In this document: positions 42,094 through 53,107 of the stretch, one piece after another
How the letters are laid out: every line of letters begins with the position of its first letter
Position numbering within the stretch: the stretch's first letter is position 1
Source: Spirochaetia bacterium
Lineage (GTDB): Bacteria > Spirochaetota > Spirochaetia > SP-2023
Length of the DNA: 64,000 nt
NCBI GenBank assembly: GCA_965225855.1
Contig: CBDDCK010000005.1
Location: 608,001-672,000 of the forward strand
Direction: 5' to 3'
Notes under the pieces: generated by a model
The model's input: only the letters and a program-made list of their open reading frames with translations
Database searches by the model: none
Told to the model about the DNA's origin: nothing
Made by a program: the position numbers and the translations under genes

Positions 42094-43479
42094 ATGATGG
42101 GTAATTGTTTTCGTATTTTGTTAGGTTGTGGGATTTTTTCTAGCCATGTTTTTTGGGGTACTTTTGGGATTTTATTTTCTCAAGAGCATGATAATGATTC
42201 GTTTGCTTCGTTATATGGGCCTGTTCGCTTGGGTATTATGGTTCAGGGCCAAGGGCAGGCCCTTTATAGTTGGTTTGGGCATGCAGGTATTGTTCTTTCT
42301 GGGCCGGCAAAAGTATTGCGTTCTGTAGCGCAACAACATCAAAAATATTTTGTCCATGCGGCACAATATATGGGTGAAGAATTATTATTTGATTATGGCA
42401 ATTTTGATGCCGGCGATAAAGATTTTATTCTCGACTTATTGACCGGTAAACTGAATTATTATAAATCGTATAAGAATTTTCAGCGATATAAAGAGAAAAA
42501 TGCTATATATCGAAAACGTGGGCTTGATGTATATTGGCTTAATTTAGATTCTGAAGCGAAACAAAAATTTGTTCAAATATTATTTCGGGATACAAACCCT
42601 AAAAATCGAGTTTACAAATACGATTTTTACTTTGATAATTGCCTAACTAGAATACGCGACCAACTAAATGAAGTTTTTGATGGCCGTTTAAAAGAGCAAA
42701 TTACAAGGATTAGTGCATATAATATTCGCCAAATTTTGCGCCGCGAAATCGGAGATAAATTTTGGGGTCTATTGTTGTTAGAATATTTGCAAGGAGCTCA
42801 AATCGATCAAAAATATTCGAGGTGGGACTCTATATTTTTCCCTAGTTATATGCCGATATTATTGCAAGAGCTACAGATACCGGGTAAAAATCAAGCTTTA
42901 CTAGTACAACACGAGAAAATTTTCCCATTTAGGCTTAATGAGTTGCAGCGTTTGCATACGTATAAATATTTTTACCAAAATGTTTGGGCTTTTACAGCGT
43001 ATGTGGTCCTATCATTTTTGATTGTATTTTTATGCTATTATTATAAGATAGCATTCCGTTTTAAACGATGGAGCAAAGTTATTTATTATGGATTGACAGT
43101 AATTATAAGTATATTACTAGGGGGGCTATCTGGAGTGATTTGGCTGGCGAATATATTGCATAACTTTGACGTTGCCTTGGAAAATGCTTTGATTTTATTA
43201 GGTAGCCCATTTTTATTATTGCAGCTGCCTGCTTTATTATTGTTGAGTTTTCGTTCTCTACGTGATCGAATTCATCGTCAAGCTAAAATTTTTATACTGT
43301 GGAATTGGCGCATTCATACATTCTTGGCATTTCTTGTACCTGTTTGGGCTTGGTTGTATAGTTTCATTTGGCAAAAATCCATGCAAAATATACTCTTGCC
43401 GTGGGCTGCTGTTTTGCCAGTACTACTGATTATCATATGTTTATCTGATAAAATTAAGACAATTCAATTGGTAAAATAA
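42094..43479 (+). CDS. DUF4105/Lnb-like membrane protein (putative lipoprotein N-acyltransferase)
   Basis: LYSWFGH, FDYGNFD and YKYDFYFDNCLTRIRD motifs, followed by several C-terminal TM helices. Confidence 0.75.
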   Translation: MMGNCFRILLGCGIFSSHVFWGTFGILFSQEHDNDSFASLYGPVRLGIMVQGQGQALYSWFGHAGIVLSGPAKVLRSVAQQHQKYFVHAAQYMGEELLFDYGNFDAGDKDFILDLLTGKLNYYKSYKNFQRYKEKNAIYRKRGLDVYWLNLDSEAKQKFVQILFRDTNPKNRVYKYDFYFDNCLTRIRDQLNEVFDGRLKEQITRISAYNIRQILRREIGDKFWGLLLLEYLQGAQIDQKYSRWDSIFFPSYMPILLQELQIPGKNQALLVQHEKIFPFRLNELQRLHTYKYFYQNVWAFTAYVVLSFLIVFLCYYYKIAFRFKRWSKVIYYGLTVIISILLGGLSGVIWLANILHNFDVALENALILLGSPFLLLQLPALLLLSFRSLRDRIHRQAKIFILWNWRIHTFLAFLVPVWAWLYSFIWQKSMQNILLPWAAVLPVLLIIICLSDKIKTIQLVK

Positions 43480-44616
43480 ATGACCAAAGGGGAAATCATG
43501 GATAAATCGCTAGGTGATAATACAGAGGAGTATATCACTAAATTATCGAAAATGGGTTATAAAGCCATCAAACAAGGGAAATATCAAGTAGCAGAACAAA
43601 ATTTTCGTGATATTTTAGCACTTGATGAAACAAATAATTATGCAATAGTTGGTCTAGGTGATGCGTTGCGCCGGCAAAAACGGAATAAAGAAGCTATGGA
43701 ATATTATCGCAATTGTTTAGAGCTTTATCCCGAAAATAATTATGCATTATTTGGTGTTGCCGAAAGCTACCGTGCATTAAAGTTTTATCAAAAAGCGATT
43801 GATGCTTGGGAACGCTATTCTGCCATTGATACTCAAAATATTACGGTGATGACTCGTATGGCAGATATTTACCGAAAAATGAAAAATTTGAATCGTTCCA
43901 AAAAGATTTATCAAAAAGTTTTAAAATTGGAAGCGGATAACTTATATGCTAATATTGGTTTAGCGCATGTACATTATGATTTAGGTCTGTATCAGGTTTC
44001 GCTGGATTATTGGCAACGTATTCTAAGTAGAAAAGAGGCTCGCCTTGATATCCGTGTGCTGACCTCAATAGGAAACTGTTATCGTAAACTTAATGATTTT
44101 CATCAATCGTTGGAATATTTCCGAAAAGCAGAACAACTTGACCCCCATAATTTCTATGTATTATATGGTATTGCCGATAGTTACCGTGGTTTAACATTGT
44201 TTGATAAAGCAACAGAATATTGGATTACGATGCTTAAAGCAGGTCATAATAATCAATTTATTTTAACTCGCGCAGGAGATACGGCCAGTGCTGCCGGTTT
44301 GGAACAAAAGGCAAGGGAATTTTATTCTCAAGCGTTACAGCTAGGTCCCGATATGTATGCAATTTTAGGGTTGGCCATTTTGGAGCATTCCAGTGGGAAT
44401 TACCAAGCAGCGATTGATTTGCTGGAACAACTGTTAGAAGATCATTACCACAGCCCGCGCTTGCAGTTAGATTTAGCTGTCAATTACTGTTCTATGAATA
44501 TGCCACAAAAAGCCTTTGAAAACTTAGATGTGTATATTCGTAAGGGATATGGTAATGAAGCCATTCTTGCAATGCATCAGAATTTAAAAGAGGGTCTTGA
44601 ATATAGCAATGAATAG
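43480..44616 (+). CDS. Tetratricopeptide repeat protein
   Basis: Multiple TPR units (NNYAIVGLGDALR, NNYALFGVAESYR, VLTSIGNCYRK). Confidence 0.9.
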   Translation: MTKGEIMDKSLGDNTEEYITKLSKMGYKAIKQGKYQVAEQNFRDILALDETNNYAIVGLGDALRRQKRNKEAMEYYRNCLELYPENNYALFGVAESYRALKFYQKAIDAWERYSAIDTQNITVMTRMADIYRKMKNLNRSKKIYQKVLKLEADNLYANIGLAHVHYDLGLYQVSLDYWQRILSRKEARLDIRVLTSIGNCYRKLNDFHQSLEYFRKAEQLDPHNFYVLYGIADSYRGLTLFDKATEYWITMLKAGHNNQFILTRAGDTASAAGLEQKAREFYSQALQLGPDMYAILGLAILEHSSGNYQAAIDLLEQLLEDHYHSPRLQLDLAVNYCSMNMPQKAFENLDVYIRKGYGNEAILAMHQNLKEGLEYSNE

Positions 44617-45088
44617 GATACTCATTCCTGGAAGTTTTGATCCTCCGACTAATGGGCATTTACATTTAATAGAGCGAGCTGCCCATTTGTTTCCATACGT
44701 TTGCATTTTGATTTCTGTTAATGCTAAAAAAAAGAACTTATTTAGCCAAGAAGAAAGATATGGTTTATTGCGAGCGATTACCAGTGGTTTTTCCAATGTG
44801 CAAGTAGACATTTGGGATGGCTTGGTTGGGGTTTATGCGAAAGAAGAGGGCTATGATGCTTTATTGCGTGGTCTGCGAAGTGAAGCAGATTTTTCTTACG
44901 AATTGGATATAGCGAATATAAACTACAGTTTGAGCCATTCCTTAGAGACTTTGTTTTTGCCTACTCGTCAAGATAAGAGCGTAATACGTTCATCGTATGT
45001 AAAAGAACTATGGTCTATGGGGACCGTAGTTGATGAATTTGTACCACAGATTGTAGCGCAATTACTGCGGCAAAAACTTGCAGAATAA
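44609..45088 (+). CDS. coaD: Phosphopantetheine adenylyltransferase
   Basis: PGSFDPPTNGH, LLRGLRS..DF.YE and IRSSYVKE motifs. Confidence 0.95.
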   Translation: MNRILIPGSFDPPTNGHLHLIERAAHLFPYVCILISVNAKKKNLFSQEERYGLLRAITSGFSNVQVDIWDGLVGVYAKEEGYDALLRGLRSEADFSYELDIANINYSLSHSLETLFLPTRQDKSVIRSSYVKELWSMGTVVDEFVPQIVAQLLRQKLAE

Positions 45089-45105
45089 TCCCGATAGAAT
45101 AAGTA

Positions 45106-46104
45106 GTGAGTTTAAATTCTGGGCTTTTGCAAAGCCAATTTCAAGATGAAGATTTACCAGAAGAGGGGTTGCGCCCAAAGTCGTTACTGGACTTTCAAGG
45201 CCAGAGTTTGGCAAAAGAAAACCTTGCCATATATATCCGTGCTGCGTTGGAACGCAAAGAAGCCCTCGACCATGTTTTTATCAGTGGGCCGCCCGGTTTA
45301 GGCAAAACCACACTGGCGGGCATTATTGCCAATGAGCTGGGTGCAGAATTCCGCTTAACATCAGCACCAGCACTGGAAAAGGCCAAAGACTTAGCTGGTC
45401 TGCTTACAAACCTCTCAGCGCGTGCGGTATTTTTTATTGACGAGATTCACCGTCTACGCCCTGTAATTGAGGAAATGCTATATATCGCGATGGAAGATCG
45501 CGAGTTGGACTGGATTATCGGCGAGGGGCCAGCGGCGCGTGCGGTGCGCATACCATTACCGCCTTTTACGTTGGTGGGTGCTACAACACGGCCTGGAGCT
45601 GTAAGTAACCCTTTGGTGACTCGGTTTGGTATACAGCAAAGGCTTAGTTATTATAGTCGTAAAGAATTAGAAGATATTATTATCCATAATGCCCAGCTGC
45701 TACCTGCTGAAATTGAAGCAGAAGCAGCAGCGTTATTGGCCCAATGTTCCCGTGGAACCCCACGGGTAGCCAACCGCTTATTGCGCCGGATGCGCGATTT
45801 TGCGCAAGTGTCGAATGGCACTGTGATCAGTTGCCAGATTGTCGATGCAGCAATGATGCGTTTAGAAATTGATTCTTTCGGTTTAGAACGAATCGATCGC
45901 GAAATATTACGTGCCATGATCGATAAATTTGGTGGTGGCCCTGTTGGAGTGGAAACTTTGGCTATTGCAGTTGGCGAGAATCGCGATGCTTTGGAAGATT
46001 TTTATGAACCATATTTGATTCAGTGTGGTTTATTACAGCGTTCGCCACGAGGTCGTATTGCAACGACTTTGGCCTACAGTCATTTGGGAAAAAGCTTAGT
46101 TTAG
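45106..46104 (+). CDS. ruvB: Holliday junction branch migration helicase
   Basis: [36 protein letters not shown] and EPYLIQ motifs. Confidence 0.97.
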   Translation: MSLNSGLLQSQFQDEDLPEEGLRPKSLLDFQGQSLAKENLAIYIRAALERKEALDHVFISGPPGLGKTTLAGIIANELGAEFRLTSAPALEKAKDLAGLLTNLSARAVFFIDEIHRLRPVIEEMLYIAMEDRELDWIIGEGPAARAVRIPLPPFTLVGATTRPGAVSNPLVTRFGIQQRLSYYSRKELEDIIIHNAQLLPAEIEAEAAALLAQCSRGTPRVANRLLRRMRDFAQVSNGTVISCQIVDAAMMRLEIDSFGLERIDREILRAMIDKFGGGPVGVETLAIAVGENRDALEDFYEPYLIQCGLLQRSPRGRIATTLAYSHLGKSLV

Positions 46105-46106
46105 CG

Positions 46107-46889
46107 TTACGGTACCAAACACAGACTTAGAGAACGAACTTCGCTGATCCAGCCTTCTTTTTCTAACAGATAAAGAGCACGACGGCACATATCAATCGTA
46201 GCCCCCGTGGTGTAAACATCATCTACCAATAGTAATTGTAATGGCCCCCGCTTACAGTAATTTTGCCAGACTAGACGGCGGGCGGGCAGTGCTAAGCTAT
46301 AAGTATCACTGTTATACAATTGCTCTAAGCGTTGCTCACGGTTTAGGCGTTTTTGTTGTACAGTGGCATTCCTTTGCAGCAGCTGCATGATGGGAAAGGG
46401 CTTGCGGCAAATATAGCCCACTTGATCCCAAGCCTCCCGTTTTAATTTTGCTTCTCGCGGAGGAACAGGTATGATTGAGTAATTTGCAAATTCGGTAAAA
46501 TAAACTTGTTGCAATAAGGCATGGAAATATTTTGCCAATGGTAGCTCTTTGTCAAATTTGTACCAATGGAGTAATTCGGCAAACAGTCCCTGATAATAGG
46601 CCAAGGGGTAGTTGCGCGTTATTTGGAAATTTGGCTGCCCTTGTAACCTGGCTATTGCATTACAGCAAGGCTCGCAATATTGTTCGGTATTATTAACATC
46701 AAATTCTTCTATCCCACATCGCAGGCAAAATTTGGAATTTGGGTTATTGTGGGTTCTTACCCAAAGGATTTGTTGTTCACATTCAGGGCATAAAAATTGC
46801 TGGCTTAGTCTGGAACATAAGTAGCAATTCTCTCGATATAAGTTGTTACTCAATATATTGTTGGTTTTGTGTTTTCTAAAAATATTCAC
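46107..46889 (-). CDS. comF: ComF family protein (zinc ribbon plus PRTase-like domain)
   Basis: CxxC pairs, IIPVP, LLVDDVYTTGAT. Confidence 0.85.
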   Translation of the reverse strand: MNIFRKHKTNNILSNNLYRENCYLCSRLSQQFLCPECEQQILWVRTHNNPNSKFCLRCGIEEFDVNNTEQYCEPCCNAIARLQGQPNFQITRNYPLAYYQGLFAELLHWYKFDKELPLAKYFHALLQQVYFTEFANYSIIPVPPREAKLKREAWDQVGYICRKPFPIMQLLQRNATVQQKRLNREQRLEQLYNSDTYSLALPARRLVWQNYCKRGPLQLLLVDDVYTTGATIDMCRRALYLLEKEGWISEVRSLSLCLVP

Positions 46890-47101
46890 TTGATAAAATA
46901 GGACAAAATCGTATAAATTTTTTCATACTAAAAATTTTTGGGATATTTTGGAACAAAATCTATTCGGTTGGAAATTTCAGTTCTGTAATAATTGCCGAAG
47001 ACTAGGCATTCTGTACAATTGCACAAGCGGGTTTAGAGTGCGGGCTAGTTCCTTTCTAGTTGGTATTTATCGTTTTTACATAGTTTATACTGGAGGTTTG
47101 A

Positions 47102-47722
47102 ATGTCGATTCAACACTATTTTCCTTTGTTTTGCCTAGATTTAGAAGGGGTCTTGTGGCCTGAAGTGTGGCATTATGTAGCTAAGTTTACGGGTATTGAA
47201 GAATTGGGTCTGACGACCCAGGAAATTGGTAGCTACGATGAATTAATGCACATACGGCTTCGTGCCTTGGAAAATTCAAAAATTAGATTATCGCAGATTC
47301 AAGAGTATATTCAAGATTTACAGCCTTTAGATGGAGCCCACAATTTTTTGAATGAATTGCGCCAGCTAGGCCAAGTAGTGATTATTTCCGATACCTTTGC
47401 CGAGTTTTTGGGCCCGGTTTTACGGGAGCTCAATAACCCGATGGTTTTTTGTAATGCTTTGGAAGTCGATAGTGATGGCTTTATTAAGCGGCACATTATG
47501 CGCAGTAGTATTGGAAAAAAGGGTATGTTGGCTGCGCTCTCGAGCCAAGGCTATAGTATTGGGGCTGCTGGGGATTCATACAATGATATTGGTATGTTAC
47601 AAGAGGCCCAATGGGGTGCTTTTTTATTTGCACCACAGCATATTACGCAACAGTTTCCACAATTGCCCAATATGCAATCCTACGGTGATTTGTTGAGCTA
47701 TTGGAAACATAGCTTGTATTAA
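47102..47722 (+). CDS. thrH: Phosphoserine phosphatase/homoserine phosphotransferase
   Basis: CLDLEGVL.PE.W, YDELM..RL, ISDTF and AAGDSYND motifs. Confidence 0.92.
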   Translation: MSIQHYFPLFCLDLEGVLWPEVWHYVAKFTGIEELGLTTQEIGSYDELMHIRLRALENSKIRLSQIQEYIQDLQPLDGAHNFLNELRQLGQVVIISDTFAEFLGPVLRELNNPMVFCNALEVDSDGFIKRHIMRSSIGKKGMLAALSSQGYSIGAAGDSYNDIGMLQEAQWGAFLFAPQHITQQFPQLPNMQSYGDLLSYWKHSLY

Positions 47723-47809
47723 AAAATTTCTTGAAAAATAATTTTATTTATTGGTAAAAATGCATCGATCAATGGGAGGCCTTTAGAAAGGAAATGCTTA
47801 GGAGGGGAC

Positions 47810-49438
47810 ATGATTTTACGCAGCGAAGATTACCAATTTGAACAAACAGTGTCTTTCGTCCAGCTTGATGAATATTATAACGAGCCGAAAGTAGAGTCGG
47901 TGCGTGGCAAGTTGTGGCAGCAACAGTTGCCATCGTTCAAGCGGAGTTTTTTGCATTTTAACAGTGATGGCCATTTGCTTTTATGCCGTACGGATACCGG
48001 GCAATCGGAGGAGGTGCGCTGTAATTATCAAGATGGTATGTTGGTCAGTCGTATCTTTATTGCCCAGAACGGCAGTGTTTATCGGGTGGAAAACCGCATT
48101 TACAATGAAGAAAATCTGTTAGTAGAAAAAAACTTCCAAGAGAATGGGATTATAAAGCAGCAGGTACGGTACAAATATAATGAGAAGTTTCAGCTAATCG
48201 AAGAGGAAAATCAGAAGCATATTAAATTATATTTTTATAATGATGATGGTTTATGCTATGAGCAACAGTTGCATGCTGGAAATGAGCATGTTCAATCATG
48301 TTTATATTATTATGATAAAGATAATAATATAGTGGAATTGCGTGAGGAAAGTCCTATAGGCCAAACATGCCGGTTGCATAAATATAGTTATGAGCATCAA
48401 TTGGTTTCCAGTTATCAGCTTATCAACCAAGATGGTTTAATTTTGACCAACTTAGAATATAAATACAGTAATTTTATTGGAAATGATTGGCTGGAACGTT
48501 ATACCTGGCGGCTTAGTGGGCGTTCGGGTAAATTGTCTTACCATTCGTTGCATTCGTGTTGGCGCAGCCCTTGCTTGGAGAGCAGCAGCTATGAATCATA
48601 CTTTTGCCGAGATTTTCAAACTTTAGAATTATCTAAAGGGAGTTACTATGGCCAGACTACCAATCTGGGTATAATGCATGGCCAAGGGCGTTTGGACTTT
48701 TTTGATGGTTCTTGTTACATAGGTCGTTTTGATAATGGGTGTATGGATGGTTATGGCTGTTTTTATTGGCCAGATGGCCGCGTTTACCGCGGTTATTTTG
48801 AGAAGAACAAAATGCAGGGGTTGGGTAATTATTATTTAGTCGATGGCTCTTTGTATCGGGGGACTTTTGCTGAAGGTCAATTGCTTTCTAGTAAGCCGTA
48901 TTATTATTTGGCTAGTACTTCGCCGTTGTCCAAGTTGTCTAGGCAAAATCGTAGAGCACAGGCTGCCAACCGTTTGAACCGCCAATTAGACTACCAAGTT
49001 AAAGACATTATTGAAATTGAAGAAATTCGCCAAGAAGAGCATAAAAGTGATGATCAAAAGTTTATTGAATTAGCTACTAAAGCCGTACAACAAAAATGGC
49101 AACAGGAGTCTATTGAGCCAGAGCAGGCAGTGCTGCTTGAGCAAACGTCTGAAACAGAATCTGTAGGTGAACAGCATAATTTGGATTTGTTTTGTTGTGA
49201 GCAGTATCCGGAAGAGTTGACAGAAAATTTTATGGCAGAGGATTTTATTGATATATTTTCCGAAATAGTAAATCCTGAAGTGGTAGCAGAAAGTGGCCAG
49301 ACTGTAGATTTTAGCCAAGATTTGGGAAAGCAAGGAGATATTTTGGAAAAGCTTGAGCAAGGTTTACAAGAAAATGACAGTGAGCTTCCCAAAGAGTTTA
49401 TGTTAGAAAATGTGGCCATGCATTGTGGGCAGGCTTGA
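47810..49438 (+). CDS. MORN-repeat protein with YD-like N-terminal repeats and acidic tail
   Basis: G.YYGQ...MHGQG, YIGRFDNGCMDGYG and YRGYFEKNKMQGLG repeats. Confidence 0.8.
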   Translation: MILRSEDYQFEQTVSFVQLDEYYNEPKVESVRGKLWQQQLPSFKRSFLHFNSDGHLLLCRTDTGQSEEVRCNYQDGMLVSRIFIAQNGSVYRVENRIYNEENLLVEKNFQENGIIKQQVRYKYNEKFQLIEEENQKHIKLYFYNDDGLCYEQQLHAGNEHVQSCLYYYDKDNNIVELREESPIGQTCRLHKYSYEHQLVSSYQLINQDGLILTNLEYKYSNFIGNDWLERYTWRLSGRSGKLSYHSLHSCWRSPCLESSSYESYFCRDFQTLELSKGSYYGQTTNLGIMHGQGRLDFFDGSCYIGRFDNGCMDGYGCFYWPDGRVYRGYFEKNKMQGLGNYYLVDGSLYRGTFAEGQLLSSKPYYYLASTSPLSKLSRQNRRAQAANRLNRQLDYQVKDIIEIEEIRQEEHKSDDQKFIELATKAVQQKWQQESIEPEQAVLLEQTSETESVGEQHNLDLFCCEQYPEELTENFMAEDFIDIFSEIVNPEVVAESGQTVDFSQDLGKQGDILEKLEQGLQENDSELPKEFMLENVAMHCGQA

Positions 49439-49587
49439 TGGGAGAACACAGCAAGTTAAGAAATATCGAGATTTTTTGTTTGTAATACAATTGCAGCAGC
49501 AAGATGTACCATCATTCTTGATTTTGTTAATCCTAGTATGTGGTTGTTCTGTTATTTTATTAGGCCCTTCAGTTTGGATTGTAATTT

Positions 49588-50169
49588 ATGGCTCTGAAAA
49601 TTCGCTATAATGCGCCTTTAACCTTGACATTTTCACTTGCATGTACAGTTGTGCTATTGCTTGATTACTATTTAGGTTTGGGTATAGGCGAGAAATACTT
49701 TGTTGTTTATGGTAGAAATTGGTTTTTTTGGAGTGATAAGCGCCAGTATTACCAGTTAGTTAGCCACGTATTAGGCCACCGAGATTGGGATCATTTGTTG
49801 GGTAATTTAACTTATATCTTATTACTCGGGCCGATTCTTGAAGAAAAGTTTGGCCCTTTTCGTTTGGGGTTTATGGTGCTTATAACTGCCTTTGTTACAG
49901 GGGTAATTAATGTTACTTATTACGATAGCGGCTTGATGGGGGCTAGTGGCATTGTGTTTATGATGATTACTTTAATTTCTATTGTGAATATCCGCCGATA
50001 TGAAATCCCAATGACTTTAATTTTAATGGCACTACTGTATTTAGCACGGGAGATAATTGGTTTGTTTACCAATGATAGTGTTTCCCAAATAGCCCATATC
50101 AGTGGCGGTATTATGGGCATTGTTCTGGGCTTTATTGTTCCGCCAAAATTGGTAGTCAAAAACCGCTAG
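49588..50169 (+). CDS. Rhomboid family intramembrane serine protease
   Basis: H...HLLGN, GASG and AHISG motifs; multiple TMs. Confidence 0.9.
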   Translation: MALKIRYNAPLTLTFSLACTVVLLLDYYLGLGIGEKYFVVYGRNWFFWSDKRQYYQLVSHVLGHRDWDHLLGNLTYILLLGPILEEKFGPFRLGFMVLITAFVTGVINVTYYDSGLMGASGIVFMMITLISIVNIRRYEIPMTLILMALLYLAREIIGLFTNDSVSQIAHISGGIMGIVLGFIVPPKLVVKNR

Positions 50170-50291
50170 CAGCGTTAGCGCAAGGACCGTGAGCTATACC
50201 ATCTCGTGTAGTGAATCCCTTCTAATAATAGAATGGAGCTTATGGCTGCAATAAGATCTCTATTATGGGTAGAAATAGTGCGCCCAACTCC

Positions 50292-52970
50292 TCAAGAAGT
50301 AGTTTGATTGCTTGATTGTATTACTGCTTGAGCTGCAGCAAGGCATGCAAAAGGTACTCTTAATGTAGAACAGGATACATAGTTTAATCCACATTGGTAT
50401 GCAAAGTTGATAGAGTGGGGTTCTCCTCCGTGTTCACCACAAATGCCAATAGAAAGGTCTGGTTTTGTTGTTCTTCCTGCAATAGTAGCATGTTTCACCA
50501 GAAAGCCTACTCCTGTAGTATCTAATATTTGAAATGGATCATTTTCTAATATTTTTTCGTCAAGGTAATTAGGGAAGAAAGAAGAAGTGTCTTCTCTTGA
50601 AAAACCATAGGTGAGTTGTGTTAAGTCGTTTGTGCCAAAAGAGAAGAAATCTGCATACTGAGCAATTTTATCTGCAGTGATGGCTGCTCGAGGAATTTCT
50701 ATCATAGTGCCTATTTTTGAACTAATGCTGAGTTTATTTTTTTGTTCTTCTTCTTTTATTATAAATTGTGCAAGTTCTTTAAGGCGTGCTAATTCAGTAT
50801 ATGAGCCTACTATAGGTATCATGATTTCAGGCTTTACTTTAATGCCTTTTTTAAGACATGATATTTCAGCATTGATGATTGCTCTAATTTGCATTTCATA
50901 TACTTCAGGATATATAATCCCTAATCTACATCCACGCAGTCCCATCATAGGGTTGCTTTCATGAAGTCTTTGTATTCTGTGTTGTATTTCAGTAATAGAG
51001 ATATTAAGCATAGATGCTAGTTCAGATTGCTGTTTTGCTTCTTGTGGTAAGAATTCATGTAAAGGAGGATCAAGAAGCCTAATGGTTACTGGTAATCCTT
51101 TCATTGCAGTGAGGATGCCTTCAAAATCTTTTTTTTGTAAAGGAAAAAGTTTATCTAATGCTTTTTTTCTACTTTTTTGATCATCAGCAAGTATCATTTC
51201 TCGAAAAATGTATATTCTATCTTCGTTAAAAAACATGTGTTCTGTTCTACATAATCCAACTCCTTGTGCTCCCAAATTTCGGGCTTTTAAGGCATCTTCT
51301 GGAGTATCAGCGTTTGCTCGAACATTAAAACTTGAAGGATAATTTTTAGGGCGTTTTGCACCTGATCGTATTTGATCGGCATAGCTAAGAAATGTTTTTA
51401 TATCATTGTCCATACTTGCTTCAATAAGTGGAAGTGCAGTATCATATATTTCTCCCGTAGAACCATCTAAAGTGAGTACTGTTCCTACTGGATATTCTTT
51501 ATCAGCTATAATTACACTTCTATCCTTTATTTGTAGCGTAGAACAACCAACAATACAGGGGGTTCCCATTCCTCTTGCTACGACTGCAGCATGGCTTGTC
51601 ATTCCTCCCGTACTTGTGAGGATGCCTTGTACTACACTCATTCCTACAATATCTTCAGGGGATGTTTGTGCGCGTACTAATATCGTTTTAATGCCTTTTT
51701 GGGCAGAATCTTGCGCTTCCCATGAAGAAATAACTATATTTCCGACTGCTGCTCCGGGAGATGCATTGATTCCTTTCGCTAATACGGGTGATGTTTTTTT
51801 AGCTTTATCATCAATACGGGGATGAAATACTTGTTGAAATAATTTTTCATCAACACGAAGTAATGCTTCCTCTTTAGTAATAAGTTTTTCTTTTACCATA
51901 TCTACAGCAATTTTTATTGCTGCGGCACCAGTGCGTTTTCCGCTTCTTGTTTGTAAAATATATAATGTTCCTTGTTCTATGGTAAATTCTATGTCTTGCA
52001 TATCGCGATAATGCATTTCTAATGTATCTTTTATTGCTACTAATTGAGAATATATTTTTGGCTGTTGTTCTTTTAGAGTATGTATTTTCTTTGGTGTTCG
52101 TATTCCTGCTACTACATCTTCTCCTTGAGCATTCATAAGATATTCACCATAAAATACTTTTTCTCCTGTTGATGCATCACGAGTAAAAGCAACACCAGTA
52201 CCAGAATCAAGCCCAAAATTTCCAAATACCATAGATTGTACATTTGCTGCTGTTCCTAACAGTCCAGAGATTTTATTTAGTTTTCTGTATGTTATAGCTC
52301 GTTCGTTGTTCCATGAACTAAATACTGCTAAAATAGCTTCTTGTAATTGTGTGTGGACATTTTGAGGAAAATCTTTTTTTGCATGTTTCTTAAAAAGGGC
52401 TTTATATGCAAATACTACTTTTTTTAATGCTTCTGCATTAAGTTCAGTGTCTAGTGCTACATTGTATTCATTTTTTACTTTTGTGAGAACTTGTTCAAAA
52501 TCATGATGGTTCATATTATATACAACATTACCAAACATATTGATAAGTCTTCTATAGGCATCATATGCAAAACGTTCATTTTGAGAAGATTGTGCTAGCC
52601 CTATAACAGATGTATCGTTCAGCCCTAGGTTAAGAATAGTATCCATCATGCCGGGCATTGATACTGCTGCTCCAGAGCGGACTGATACTAATAATGGATT
52701 TTTAGAATCTCCTAGCTTTTTTGAAAGTATAGTTTCAAGTCGAGTGATTGCTTTTTTGGTATTTTCTTTTAGTCCTGGTGGAAACTTTTTTGTTTCATTG
52801 TATTTTGCACAAGCTTCGGTAGTAATCGTAAATCCAGGAGGGACTGGTATGTTTAAGCCTGCTATTTCAGCAAGATTAGCTCCTTTTCCTCCTAGTATTT
52901 CTTTCATTGATGAATCTCCTTCGTATATACCTTTGCCAAAGAAATATATATATGCCAATGTTTCTTTCAT
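50292..52970 (-). CDS. ppdK: Pyruvate phosphate dikinase
   Basis: LGGKGANLAE, SVRSGAAVSMPGMMDT, GGMTSHAAVVARG, GLCRTEHMF and GICGEHGG motifs. Confidence 0.98.
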   Translation of the reverse strand: MKETLAYIYFFGKGIYEGDSSMKEILGGKGANLAEIAGLNIPVPPGFTITTEACAKYNETKKFPPGLKENTKKAITRLETILSKKLGDSKNPLLVSVRSGAAVSMPGMMDTILNLGLNDTSVIGLAQSSQNERFAYDAYRRLINMFGNVVYNMNHHDFEQVLTKVKNEYNVALDTELNAEALKKVVFAYKALFKKHAKKDFPQNVHTQLQEAILAVFSSWNNERAITYRKLNKISGLLGTAANVQSMVFGNFGLDSGTGVAFTRDASTGEKVFYGEYLMNAQGEDVVAGIRTPKKIHTLKEQQPKIYSQLVAIKDTLEMHYRDMQDIEFTIEQGTLYILQTRSGKRTGAAAIKIAVDMVKEKLITKEEALLRVDEKLFQQVFHPRIDDKAKKTSPVLAKGINASPGAAVGNIVISSWEAQDSAQKGIKTILVRAQTSPEDIVGMSVVQGILTSTGGMTSHAAVVARGMGTPCIVGCSTLQIKDRSVIIADKEYPVGTVLTLDGSTGEIYDTALPLIEASMDNDIKTFLSYADQIRSGAKRPKNYPSSFNVRANADTPEDALKARNLGAQGVGLCRTEHMFFNEDRIYIFREMILADDQKSRKKALDKLFPLQKKDFEGILTAMKGLPVTIRLLDPPLHEFLPQEAKQQSELASMLNISITEIQHRIQRLHESNPMMGLRGCRLGIIYPEVYEMQIRAIINAEISCLKKGIKVKPEIMIPIVGSYTELARLKELAQFIIKEEEQKNKLSISSKIGTMIEIPRAAITADKIAQYADFFSFGTNDLTQLTYGFSREDTSSFFPNYLDEKILENDPFQILDTTGVGFLVKHATIAGRTTKPDLSIGICGEHGGEPHSINFAYQCGLNYVSCSTLRVPFACLAAAQAVIQSSNQTTS

Positions 52971-53107
52971 AAGAACTCCTTATCGATTTTCAAGTATTTA
53001 GAGTATACCATCTTTAAAAATTAATGCAAAGCTTTTTTTAAAAATTAGTGCAAAACTTTTAAGATACAACTAAAGAAATTAAATACTTTTCTGCACCACC
53101 ATATCAT

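Noticed and set aside
47660..47671. Short matches of other spacers to window genes (e.g. caattgcccaat in thrH)
   Set aside because: About 12 nt only; expected by chance
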